27,184 nt of DNA from Polyangiaceae bacterium (GTDB lineage Bacteria; Myxococcota_A; Polyangia; Polyangiales; Polyangiaceae). Below are positions 18,474 through 27,048 of the stretch, one piece after another. Position numbers and translations under genes: made by a program. Under the pieces are notes generated by a model, which saw only the letters and a list, made by a program, of their open reading frames with translations, had not been told where the DNA came from and ran no database searches. The DNA is taken from NCBI GenBank assembly GCA_033763455.1, contig JANRKO010000086.1, positions 1 through 27,184 of the forward strand, written 5' to 3'. Every line of letters starts with the position of its first letter. The first letter of the stretch is position 1.

Positions 18474-19471
18474 TGGCAAGTGAGCCGCTCCTCAGCGTTC
18501 GCAACCTAGAGAAGCATTTTCCGATCTTCGGCCAAGGTATCGTCTCCAAGCAGATAGGCTGGGTGCGAGCCGTGAGCGACGTCACTTTCGACGTTTTTCC
18601 TGGGGAAACCCTAGGGCTTGTGGGGGAAAGTGGCTCGGGTAAGACAACCACCGCGCGCACCATTTTGCGAGCGCTGAGGCCCACTGGCGGCCAAGTTCTG
18701 TTTCGCTCCAAATCTGGCGTGGTGGATCTCGCGCAACTATCGGAGAAAGCTCTTATCCCGCTGCGCACCGAGCTCCAGATGGTCTTTCAAGATCCGGTAA
18801 GCTCGCTGAATCCGCGCATGAGCATTGAACAAATCGTGGGGGAGCCGCTCACGATCCACAACCTCGCTCGTGGCGTTGAGCTCAAGCGGCGTGTAGTGGA
18901 AATGTTGGAACGCGTGGGGCTTCGAAGCGAGCACTTGGCGCGCTACCCGCACGAATTTTCTGGTGGCCAGCGGCAACGCATCGGCATAGCGCGGTCTTTG
19001 GTGATGAATCCGAGCCTGCTCATTCTTGACGAGCCGGTCAGCGCGCTGGACGTCTCGGTGCAGGCGCAAGTCATCAACTTATTGTCCGATCTCCGACGCG
19101 AGCTGAACCTCACCTCGCTCTTTGTAGCGCACGATCTCAGCGTGGTGCGCTACCTGTGCGACCGCGTGGCGGTGATGTACGCAGGGCGGGTGGTGGAAAT
19201 CGCCCCAACAGAAGACCTTTTTCAAAACCCACAGCACCCCTACACCCGTGCCCTCCTCGCCGCGGTGCCCAACGCCGATCCTGACATTCCCATGGACTTT
19301 TCAGTCCCAGGCGAGGTGGCCAATCCGGCAAATTTGCCCCCCGGGTGCAGCTTTCATCCTCGCTGTCCGGAACGTTTCGCGCTCTGCTCGGAGCTAAGGC
19401 CAGAGCTTCAAGCGTCGCGCGCAGCTCAAGTGGCCTGCCACGCGCGAACGCTGCCGGTTGTTTCTGCGTAG
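18473..19471 (+). CDS. ABC transporter ATP-binding protein, OppF/DppF type
   Basis: TAATG coupling; [43 protein letters not shown]. Confidence 0.96.
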   Translation: MASEPLLSVRNLEKHFPIFGQGIVSKQIGWVRAVSDVTFDVFPGETLGLVGESGSGKTTTARTILRALRPTGGQVLFRSKSGVVDLAQLSEKALIPLRTELQMVFQDPVSSLNPRMSIEQIVGEPLTIHNLARGVELKRRVVEMLERVGLRSEHLARYPHEFSGGQRQRIGIARSLVMNPSLLILDEPVSALDVSVQAQVINLLSDLRRELNLTSLFVAHDLSVVRYLCDRVAVMYAGRVVEIAPTEDLFQNPQHPYTRALLAAVPNADPDIPMDFSVPGEVANPANLPPGCSFHPRCPERFALCSELRPELQASRAAQVACHARTLPVVSA

Positions 19472-19610
19472 TCCTCAGTTGCAGCACGCTCGTGAACGTG
19501 AGGCGGACCTCCGCCGCACGAAGACTGACAGGATAGTCCAGGTGTGTCCGGGGCGTCCATGGGGTGGCGTGATGGCTCGTGCCAGGCTTCCTTCCGCTAG
19601 GGAGCAAGCG

Positions 19611-20432
19611 ATGAAATTGGACTGTGTTAGGCAGCTTTGGGGCGTTCAGGAGCCTCTCTCTGACCGTTTACGGGAGTTCAAGGCGCTCGGGTACGTGGCC
19701 GTTGAAACAGCGGCGCCACCAAAAGAGAGGTTGGCTCATTTCAAACAGCAGCTGAAAGATGCCGAGCTTGGCCTTGTGGCAATGATTTACACGGCCGGCG
19801 CAACGGTTCAAGAGCATCTGCGGTATTTGGAGCAAGAGATTGAACGGGTGAAGGGGCTTTCGCCTTTGTTCATCAACGCGCATAGCGGCAGGGATGCGTG
19901 GTCTGAAGATGAGGCCAAAAGCTTCTTCGAAGGCGCACTCAAGCTGGAGGCTAGCGCCGGGCTCGTCATCGCCCACGAAACGCACCGGGGCCGAATCCTG
20001 TTCAACCCTTGGGTTACCCGCAATGTATTGCATACGTTTCCAGAGCTCAAGCTCACGTGCGATTACAGCCATTGGGTGTGCGTTACCGAACGCTTGCTGA
20101 CCACAGAAACAGAAATTCTGGAACTCTGCGCTCGGCATGCTCACCACATTCACGCTCGCGTAGGGCATGAGCACGGGCCTCAGGTGGCCGATCCGAGGGC
20201 ACCTGAATACCTGAGATATGTGGAGGCGCATGAGCGTTTTTGGGACATGATTTGGGATGCTCAGGCAAAGCGTGGCTATTCACGTACCACTTTGACGCCA
20301 GAGTTTGGCCCCCCCGGTTACATGCCCACACTCCCTTTCACCAGAACTCCAGTTACCGATTTGAGCGCTATCAGTGAGTGGATGACGGAACGACAACGAG
20401 CACGGTTTAATCAGCGTTCCCAGCGTGCGTAA
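19611..20432 (+). CDS. Sugar phosphate isomerase/epimerase (xylose isomerase-like TIM barrel)
   Basis: GGAG RBS before ATG 19611; HSGRD, HETHRGR, DYSHW, HARVG, TPEFGPPGY motifs. Confidence 0.88.
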   Translation: MKLDCVRQLWGVQEPLSDRLREFKALGYVAVETAAPPKERLAHFKQQLKDAELGLVAMIYTAGATVQEHLRYLEQEIERVKGLSPLFINAHSGRDAWSEDEAKSFFEGALKLEASAGLVIAHETHRGRILFNPWVTRNVLHTFPELKLTCDYSHWVCVTERLLTTETEILELCARHAHHIHARVGHEHGPQVADPRAPEYLRYVEAHERFWDMIWDAQAKRGYSRTTLTPEFGPPGYMPTLPFTRTPVTDLSAISEWMTERQRARFNQRSQRA

Positions 20433-20453
20433 GTAGACCAGGAGAAAAATATC

Positions 20454-21266
20454 ATGTTGTTGAGTCAAGCGGAGCTTGATGCGTATCAAGCCGACGGGTA
20501 CCTCCATGTTCGCGGGCTACTGAATCCCGAGGAAACTGCCCTTTTACTGGAGATTTCAGTTCAAAATGCCCTGGCAAGCCGCGCGCGAGAAGCGGTGGAT
20601 GCAAAAGGGCAAGGCGCCAAGATAAAGCTTTGGAATCACGTTGAGGACGATATGTTTGGTGCCATTGCCACCAGTCGTCGAATCGTTCAGCGGAGCACCG
20701 AGTTGGTGGGCGAGGAGGTCTACCACTGGCACTCCAAGATGATGCTTAAGGACCCTGGAACGGGAGCTTGGGAATGGCACCAGGATTACGGTTATTGGTA
20801 TGGAGCGTGTCTCTACCCATCTCTGGTTAGCTGTTTTATTGCAGTACACCCCGCCACCAAGGCCAATGGGTGTTTGCAGGTGCTAAAGGGTTCCCATCGT
20901 GCTGGCAGGATCAATCATGATGTGGTGAACGGTCAACAAGGCGCAGACCCAGCGCGGGTCGTGGAACTCTCCAAACGCCACGAGCGTGTTTACGTTGAGT
21001 TGGAGCCAGGCAGCGCTTTGTTCTTTCATCCCAACCTCCTGCATAGTTCGGACTCCAATAAATCCAAAAATCCGCGGTGGGCGCTCATCTGTTGCTATAA
21101 TGCGCGATCCAATAGTCGTTTTGATGGGCGCACTGATGCTGGACACCCGCCGTATTCCCCCATCCAGGTGGTGGACGATTCGGCTATTCTGGCTTCGGGT
21201 AAACGCGAGCTCCTAGCGCTTAAGAACAGCGCTAGGCAGGTACCCGACGACGCCAAGGAAAATTGA
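20454..21266 (+). CDS. Phytanoyl-CoA dioxygenase (PhyH) family Fe(II)/2-oxoglutarate dioxygenase
   Basis: AGGAG RBS; WEWHQDYGYW (HxD), NGCLQVLKGSH, distal His and Arg in LLHSSDSNKSKNPR. Confidence 0.92.
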   Translation: MLLSQAELDAYQADGYLHVRGLLNPEETALLLEISVQNALASRAREAVDAKGQGAKIKLWNHVEDDMFGAIATSRRIVQRSTELVGEEVYHWHSKMMLKDPGTGAWEWHQDYGYWYGACLYPSLVSCFIAVHPATKANGCLQVLKGSHRAGRINHDVVNGQQGADPARVVELSKRHERVYVELEPGSALFFHPNLLHSSDSNKSKNPRWALICCYNARSNSRFDGRTDAGHPPYSPIQVVDDSAILASGKRELLALKNSARQVPDDAKEN

Positions 21267-21456
21267 AGCCACAAAACCCCAACGTCATAGCCGCCGATTC
21301 ACTGCCCGGTCAGCGCGGCGGCCGACGCTACGCCTACCTGGGTGAGCTGGTGAAGGTGGGCTGCGACGACTGCTCGTTCGAGGTCGACGCGCGAACGGCA
21401 CGAGCTCCCGAACGCTGAGTTGACCTGGCGCCCAATCTGAGGCTGCAATCGCGACC

Positions 21457-21681
21457 ATGGTCGTCCCGGTCAAGCCGCTCTTTCCGCTGGCGGAGGGCGT
21501 TTGGACGTGTCGCGATCCGGTACGCATCCTGGGCACGCGCCTGACGGACCGCAAGGCGGCACGCACCAGCGTCGATGTGCTGCTGGGCCACGACTTCGAG
21601 CGCCTGATTGTCGGCCACGGCACACCGATAGGCGAGAGCTGCAAGGACGCGCTCGCCACTGCCTATAGGTTTCTGCGCTGA
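21457..21681 (+). pseudogene. DUF4336-family gene collapsed by internal deletion
   Basis: N-terminal LAEGVWTCRDPVRILGTRLT joined directly to C-terminal DRKAARTSVDVLLGHDFERLIVGHG...ALATAYRFLR; 74 aa, whereas family members are recalled as over 200 aa. Confidence 0.72.
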
Positions 21682-22231
21682 TGGACACTCCGCCGCGCGA
21701 CAGAGAAGAACTCGTGGCCCGTATCGTTGCTGGGCTAAGCCCCGACTACCTGTTTTTCTGGGGCCACACCCCCAAACAACCGAACGTGGTTGGTCAGGAG
21801 TGCTTGAGTCAGTGGTTCCCGGTGGCTTCGAGCTCGAAGGTGAGCGCCTCGCGACGGCCGAGCACTACATGATGTGGAGCAAGGCCCGCCTGTTCGGTGA
21901 TGAAGCGATGGCGCGCGCGATCCTCGCGGCCCGCACTCCTGCCGAAGCCAAGGCCCACGGCCGCGCGGTGGCGAACTTCGACGACCAGCTCTGGACGCAG
22001 CGGCGCTTCGACATCGTTACGCGCGCCAGCGTCGCCAAATTCTCGCAGAATGCCGAGCTGGGCGCATTCCTGCGCAGCACCGGCGACCGCGTGCTGGTCG
22101 AAGCCAGCCCGCGCGATTGCATCTGGGGCATCGGGCTGGGCGCCAAGAACGAGCGCGCCCAGAATCCTGCGCTGTGGCGTGGTCTGAACTTGCTCGGCTT
22201 CGCCTTGATGCAAGCCCGGGCTCGGCTGTGA
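21681..22231 (+). pseudogene. NADAR (YbiA/DUF1768) family protein, frameshifted
   Basis: YLFFWGH...CLSQWFP in one frame and TAEHYMM..KARLFGD...LVEASPRDCIWGIG...WRGLNLLGFALM in another; 1-bp loss near 21819-21821. Confidence 0.9.
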
Positions 22232-22234
22232 AGC

Positions 22235-22426
22235 GTTGGTCGTACGGGTTGCTATCTCTGCAACCTCGGTGCGAGTCGGGGTGTGTAGTGCATGAAAGGT
22301 GAGCTTATCGGTATCTTGTGACTGCAGGTACACACCATCGAGAGCGAGCACGTGGAAGTGCACGTTGAGCCGGAGGGCAGAATCCGAGCGCTGGATGGCG
22401 ACCACGGCTCCCGTGAGCTTCGTCAA
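22235..22426 (-). mobile_element. Internal fragment of an IS91-like (Y2_Tnp) rolling-circle transposase
   Basis: TGAVVAIQRSDSALRLNVHFHVLALDGVY with HUH motif HFH; no N-terminal Zn domain and no YxxxY region. Confidence 0.82.
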
Positions 22427-22509
22427 CGCGTGCCAGCTTAAACAAGTTTTTGGCTCGGCGTTCGCTATCTGATTGCCGCGAATAGGTACCTTACTACACT
22501 CGGTGTCCC

Positions 22510-23013
22510 ATGCGCAGACAGGAGCCCGAAAACGCAGAGCTTAGACAACTCCTTGACGCTCGTAGCTTAAAGGCCACGCCCGTGGTGCGCTACGTTTACC
22601 TTCTGCAGGATGAACACGAGCGTGTTCTGCTGGTTCACAAGGAAAGCCACATCGGCAGTGTCTGCGGAGGTTTTTACCTCGGCTGGCTGCTGAGTTGCGA
22701 CTGTTATTGGGGGAGCGACACCTTCGACTTGGACATCCTTTCGACAGCGCGCAGTTGTATCGGCGAGTTGACGAGTCTCGACGTTGGCATGGCTGGCGTC
22801 CGCCTACTCGATGCATTCGTCGCGAACAATGCGGGCTCTCAGATTTTGAATATCGTGATGCACACGCGCTTCGAGTCGACCGTCGGTTTCGAGCTCTGCT
22901 CCGATTGGGACACCGATCATGTTTGGGTAGACATACCTGACGTCGCAAAGCGGAGCATCCACCCGGAAGACATTGAAATCGCAAACCTGCTCTTGCCGCG
23001 CCAACAACGTTAG
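22510..23013 (+). CDS. Hypothetical protein, possibly a degenerate Nudix fold
   Basis: 167-aa ATG ORF with TACACT 9 nt upstream; VYLLQDEHERVLLVHK and HVWVDIPDV resemble Nudix edge strands, but there is no canonical Nudix box. Confidence 0.5.
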   Translation: MRRQEPENAELRQLLDARSLKATPVVRYVYLLQDEHERVLLVHKESHIGSVCGGFYLGWLLSCDCYWGSDTFDLDILSTARSCIGELTSLDVGMAGVRLLDAFVANNAGSQILNIVMHTRFESTVGFELCSDWDTDHVWVDIPDVAKRSIHPEDIEIANLLLPRQQR

Positions 23014-23361
23014 CGCGCTCTACGTGGGCATCCGAGTCGCATCGTGGAACGATTTAAGTCTATCCACCTTGCGCCGGAGATGGACGAGTTGGCCGTCATC
23101 GGTCGGCTGCCAGGCGCGTCGGTAGTATGGTCTAGGAATGCGCACAGGGAGAATAAGCAGGGGTGGGCGGAGATGGCCAACGCCACTTTCAGCATCCGAG
23201 AAACCATCAACTCCAACGCATGGCACCCCCACAACGAGGACAATATCAAGGTCGGCAGAAAATACATGTTTCAACAGCCAGCAGGAGGTGCACCTTCACG
23301 TCTTCTCGCCCCTCAAAGAACGAGATGTCAGGCAACGTGTTTCTGGCGCTCGCAGGTTACC

Positions 23362-24216
23362 TTAGTCGCGTAAAAGCACGCGATCCTCCGCCCAGGCGTC
23401 GTCCATCCACACCAGCCAAGCCGAGCTGATGTTTGGCGTAGCCACACACCGCCGCAAGCTAGCGATCGCTTGCTCTATATGTTGGACTGCCAGCGTGAAG
23501 TAAAGCAACCGAAGCCCCATGCCAACCCCAACCACCGAGCCGAGCCGCTCCAGGCTCAATGCCGTTTCAAGCGTGGCTTCCAATGCGTCTTTCACTTGCG
23601 TGCGCTCCGAAAATGCTTGGGGCACAGCCACCTCTAGGCACGCAAATCGCTCACTATTTGCCGAAAATCTCGCTGAATCGAAGGGAGCACCCGAGAGGAA
23701 ACAGCGCACCAGCTCTGGGTAGCAAGTAGCCACCAACACAAGATCTGGCTGAGGGCACCCCTCCGCCCGTTCCTCTGGATCGAGCTCTAAGAGCGTCCAG
23801 CTGCGGTCCTTGATTTCGCTCCAGGGCGTTGGAGGAAGGCCTGCGTGGATATCACGTTCCACGCTTAACACGAGGTCGCGGAGCTCATGCGCGGGAGCCA
23901 AGGTTGGCGATGACCGTTCCGAGCTCGCAAGGCGAAGCTCTGGCTTCTTCGGACTCTCCACGCAAGCGATCTCCCCCACCCAGCGATCAAAAAGCATGGT
24001 GCCAAGCAGTGCTTCAACTAGCGCCTCGACAGCATCTTCCAAGGCTTCCCACTCCGCCCGCGACGGCAAGACGGCTTTCGGCACATACGCCACAAGCTCC
24101 AGCAGGTGGCCACGCCCAACTCCCACACGGAAACGCACACCCCGCAAATCCTTACCGAAATGTTCCGCTACCCTAGCGAACGCAAGATTCACTGAAACGA
24201 CGGACTCCAACGTCAC
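23362..24216 (-). CDS. Hypothetical protein
   Basis: 284-aa ORF; GTGA overlap with the rlpA stop and GAGG upstream indicate translational coupling. Confidence 0.75.
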   Translation of the reverse strand: MTLESVVSVNLAFARVAEHFGKDLRGVRFRVGVGRGHLLELVAYVPKAVLPSRAEWEALEDAVEALVEALLGTMLFDRWVGEIACVESPKKPELRLASSERSSPTLAPAHELRDLVLSVERDIHAGLPPTPWSEIKDRSWTLLELDPEERAEGCPQPDLVLVATCYPELVRCFLSGAPFDSARFSANSERFACLEVAVPQAFSERTQVKDALEATLETALSLERLGSVVGVGMGLRLLYFTLAVQHIEQAIASLRRCVATPNISSAWLVWMDDAWAEDRVLLRD

Positions 24217-24818
24217 CTCTTTTTCTTTTGCCCCCGATGCTTCGGCCCCAGCTCCAGCACTTCAACACGCACTCGGGCCACCCCTCGCCGCAGCATCCCC
24301 AGCTTTTCCGCAGCAGCCCTCGACAAATCAATCACTCGCCCTTTGGCAAAAGGCCCCCGATCATTCACCACCACCACCACCGAACTTTGGGTATCAGGGC
24401 AAACAACCCTGAGCAGCGTGCCAAGCGGCAACGTTCGGTGCGCCGCGGTAAATCTGTGAATGTCATAAGGCTCCCCGCTAGCGGTAGCGCGCCCAGCCAA
24501 CTTGTCTGCGTAGTAGCTAGCTCTGCCACCAAAAACCCGAAGCGGATGCTTGATTGAAGTCGGCACCGCAGGTTCTTTTTCAACAGCGGAAGCGGCCTTG
24601 GATGAAGGCTCACCCTCGCTAGCTTTGGCCGTGCGCGCAGGCTTCCGAACGGATTTCTTTGAGGCCACGGGCCCCGGCGTTGCCGACGCTTCCGAACGCC
24701 CCAGCACGGGCTCCTGGTGGGGAGAGTGGGCGCACCCCGAAATGCAGCCCAAGCACAGCACGAACGAGGCCCACCATGCACCAAGCCACCTCGTTCGAAA
24801 AGGAACGTGCATGTCCAT
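24213..24818 (-). CDS. rlpA: Septal ring lytic transglycosylase RlpA family lipoprotein (DPBB domain only)
   Basis: Lipobox ISGC; GRASYY..KLAGRATASGE, TAAHRTLPLGT, VNDRGPF..RVIDLSRAAA. No SPOR domain. Exact start uncertain. Confidence 0.92.
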   Translation of the reverse strand: MDMHVPFRTRWLGAWWASFVLCLGCISGCAHSPHQEPVLGRSEASATPGPVASKKSVRKPARTAKASEGEPSSKAASAVEKEPAVPTSIKHPLRVFGGRASYYADKLAGRATASGEPYDIHRFTAAHRTLPLGTLLRVVCPDTQSSVVVVVNDRGPFAKGRVIDLSRAAAEKLGMLRRGVARVRVEVLELGPKHRGQKKKR

Positions 24819-24947
24819 ACCCTTAGCTCAATTGCCGCCCTGCTGTCCAACGGGCAAAACGCCGACGCTTGGCAACTCCTCGCCAATGCAAACGGCAAGC
24901 TTTGACCCAAGCTGGCCGGGACGCTAGCTTCTGGGTGCACGCAAGCA

Positions 24948-26957
24948 ATGGAAACTGAACCAGACTTTACTCTGCCCAGGCTGGTTCGCGCGGGGCTCGA
25001 TTTGGGCGAAGGCCCCATCCCGCTCCTCGCAGGCGCCCTGCATTATTTCAGGACACCCAAGGCCGAGTGGCCCGACGCGCTCAATGCGCTCAAGCGCATG
25101 GGTGTTCGCATTGTGGATACGTGTGTGCCGTGGTCGCTGCATCAAGACGCTTCGAGCGAGTTCCACTTCGCGCGTGAAAATGAGCGGGATTTGCCGGGGT
25201 TTTTGCGAGCTGTGGCCGCCGCTGAGATGCTGTGCAGCCTACGCTTGGGGCCAGCTGTAAACGCTGAACTCAACGGCTTTGGGATCCCTTCGGACGTGCT
25301 GTGGGATGATGCATGCCAGGCGCGCTCGCCCACGGGCGCTCGAGTGATCGTTCCTGCGTTGCCACGAGCCTTTCCCGCGCCCAGCCTCGCGAGTGCTGCA
25401 TTTCTTAACGAAGCTGCGCATTGGTTGAGCAGCGTGGGCGACGTGCTCGCTCCCTTTGCATTTCCCAACGGGCCTATTGTATTGCTTCACTTAGATAGCA
25501 CGGCATCCTTTTTCTTCCGTGATGCCCTTTACGATCAAGATTACCATCCTGACGCAATCGAAGGTTACCGGCGCTTTATTAGAGAGCGTTACGTTACCGA
25601 AGAAGCGCTGCGGAACGCCTACGGCGACAGTGGCCTCACCTTTGAAACGCTGAAGCCCCCGGAGCGGCTGAACGCCCAAACGGCCAAAGGGCTCGCACGC
25701 CACCTCAATTGGGCTGAATTTCAGGAGCAACTCATCGCCCAGGCCTTGAGCCTATTTGCGGCAACCTTGCGCGAGAAGCCAGCCCTCCGCCGTCTCCCTG
25801 TGTGCCACAACCTAGCGCGCACGGCTCCGCACACGGCCCTCCACGCAGGGCTCGCAGCTGAGAGCGTGCCTCTTCTTGGTCAGAATTTTCACCACGGTCC
25901 GGGTGAAACATGGGCGCTGAGGGCGCAAGCCGACCCGCTTTGGACCCGTGCCACCCGCACGAACGTTCCAGCTTTTGCCAGTGAGTTAGGGGCAGGCTTT
26001 GCGCTACACCTTGGGGCACGCTCGGAAGAAGCTTCGCACTTTTCAGCACTCGCAGCTCTCGCCTACGGCGTGAACGCATTCAACATCTACATGGCGGTGG
26101 GCCGCGATCGCTGGGTGGGCGCACCTATCGACCAGCACGGCAATTGTCGACCAGGCTTTGAGTTTTGGCAGCGGCTGCTCGTGGCAATCTCCGAGAGCGA
26201 GCTTTGGAAGCTCAGACGCGCCGTCGAGGTATTTGTGGTGGTTCCGCGAAGTTACCGCCGTTTGTGCCGTACGTTCTCGGCACTTGGGCCCATAAATCTG
26301 GGTGTTTTGTCGTTACTCGGCCAAGGTCCCGAGGACGCATGTACGGAAGAACGCTTCGGCCTCAATCACCCGGTAGTGGAAGATGTGGAGCTTTTCGCAC
26401 GAAACTTCGGCCAGGCACTGGATCAGGCCGGCATTCCCTTTGCTTGGTGCTCCGATGAAGACTTCGACTACGCAGTTAATCAGGGGCGTTGGGTTGTAGT
26501 CGCATCACCGGGGGCACTGCCGGTAACGCTGCTTCAGAAGATGCAGGAAGCTGCACAGCGTGGGGTCAGCGTGAGCGTGGGGCCTCATGATCCCGTTCGC
26601 GATGAATACTGGAACGCCTTGAAGGCGCCCCTCCCGCCGCTCACACTCCAAGCGGGTTTACCTTTCTGGATAGGAAATGATCCCAAGCAACATCGGGAGG
26701 CAGCCCAGAGTTTCCTAAAGCTTCCAGGCGTTTTGTCTACCGCGCCCGGTGCGCCTACCGAAACCACGCTCTTTCTGGACGACTCTGGGGACCTGCGTGT
26801 CGCCTTTCTGATTAACGCTACAGGCTCTTCACACGAAGCACTTCTTGCAAGCACAAAACCCGCGATGGATGCGCTCACGCTGGAAACCTTTGAGCCCCAG
26901 AATGGGACCCTGAAGCTCCCGCTCAAAACCCAAAGCGTGCGCATGTTGCGCTTCTGA
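24948..26957 (+). CDS. Beta-galactosidase-like protein (GH35-type TIM barrel), catalytic motif altered
   Basis: GALHYFR...W, VPW.LH, R.GP..NAE...G.P, GPIVLL, FASELGAG and FNIYM motifs of GH35. Confidence 0.85.
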   Translation: METEPDFTLPRLVRAGLDLGEGPIPLLAGALHYFRTPKAEWPDALNALKRMGVRIVDTCVPWSLHQDASSEFHFARENERDLPGFLRAVAAAEMLCSLRLGPAVNAELNGFGIPSDVLWDDACQARSPTGARVIVPALPRAFPAPSLASAAFLNEAAHWLSSVGDVLAPFAFPNGPIVLLHLDSTASFFFRDALYDQDYHPDAIEGYRRFIRERYVTEEALRNAYGDSGLTFETLKPPERLNAQTAKGLARHLNWAEFQEQLIAQALSLFAATLREKPALRRLPVCHNLARTAPHTALHAGLAAESVPLLGQNFHHGPGETWALRAQADPLWTRATRTNVPAFASELGAGFALHLGARSEEASHFSALAALAYGVNAFNIYMAVGRDRWVGAPIDQHGNCRPGFEFWQRLLVAISESELWKLRRAVEVFVVVPRSYRRLCRTFSALGPINLGVLSLLGQGPEDACTEERFGLNHPVVEDVELFARNFGQALDQAGIPFAWCSDEDFDYAVNQGRWVVVASPGALPVTLLQKMQEAAQRGVSVSVGPHDPVRDEYWNALKAPLPPLTLQAGLPFWIGNDPKQHREAAQSFLKLPGVLSTAPGAPTETTLFLDDSGDLRVAFLINATGSSHEALLASTKPAMDALTLETFEPQNGTLKLPLKTQSVRMLRF

Positions 26958-26987
26958 CCTTCGCAGCGCTCCACACCGCCGCGAAGG
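26958..26987 (+). terminator. Stem-loop directly after the GH35-like stop codon
   Basis: CCTTCGC..GCG / CGC..GCGAAGG inverted repeat; no U-tract. Confidence 0.3.
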
Positions 26988-27048
26988 GCCCACGAAGCGG
27001 CCGGCAGGTGGCGCAACTCCCTAAAAGGTAGTAGAGGCGGGCGCCCAT

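Noticed and set aside
22429..22445. IS4-like terminal repeat (GTGCCAGCTTAA)
   Set aside because: Only loose resemblance; no partner repeat or DDE transposase nearby.
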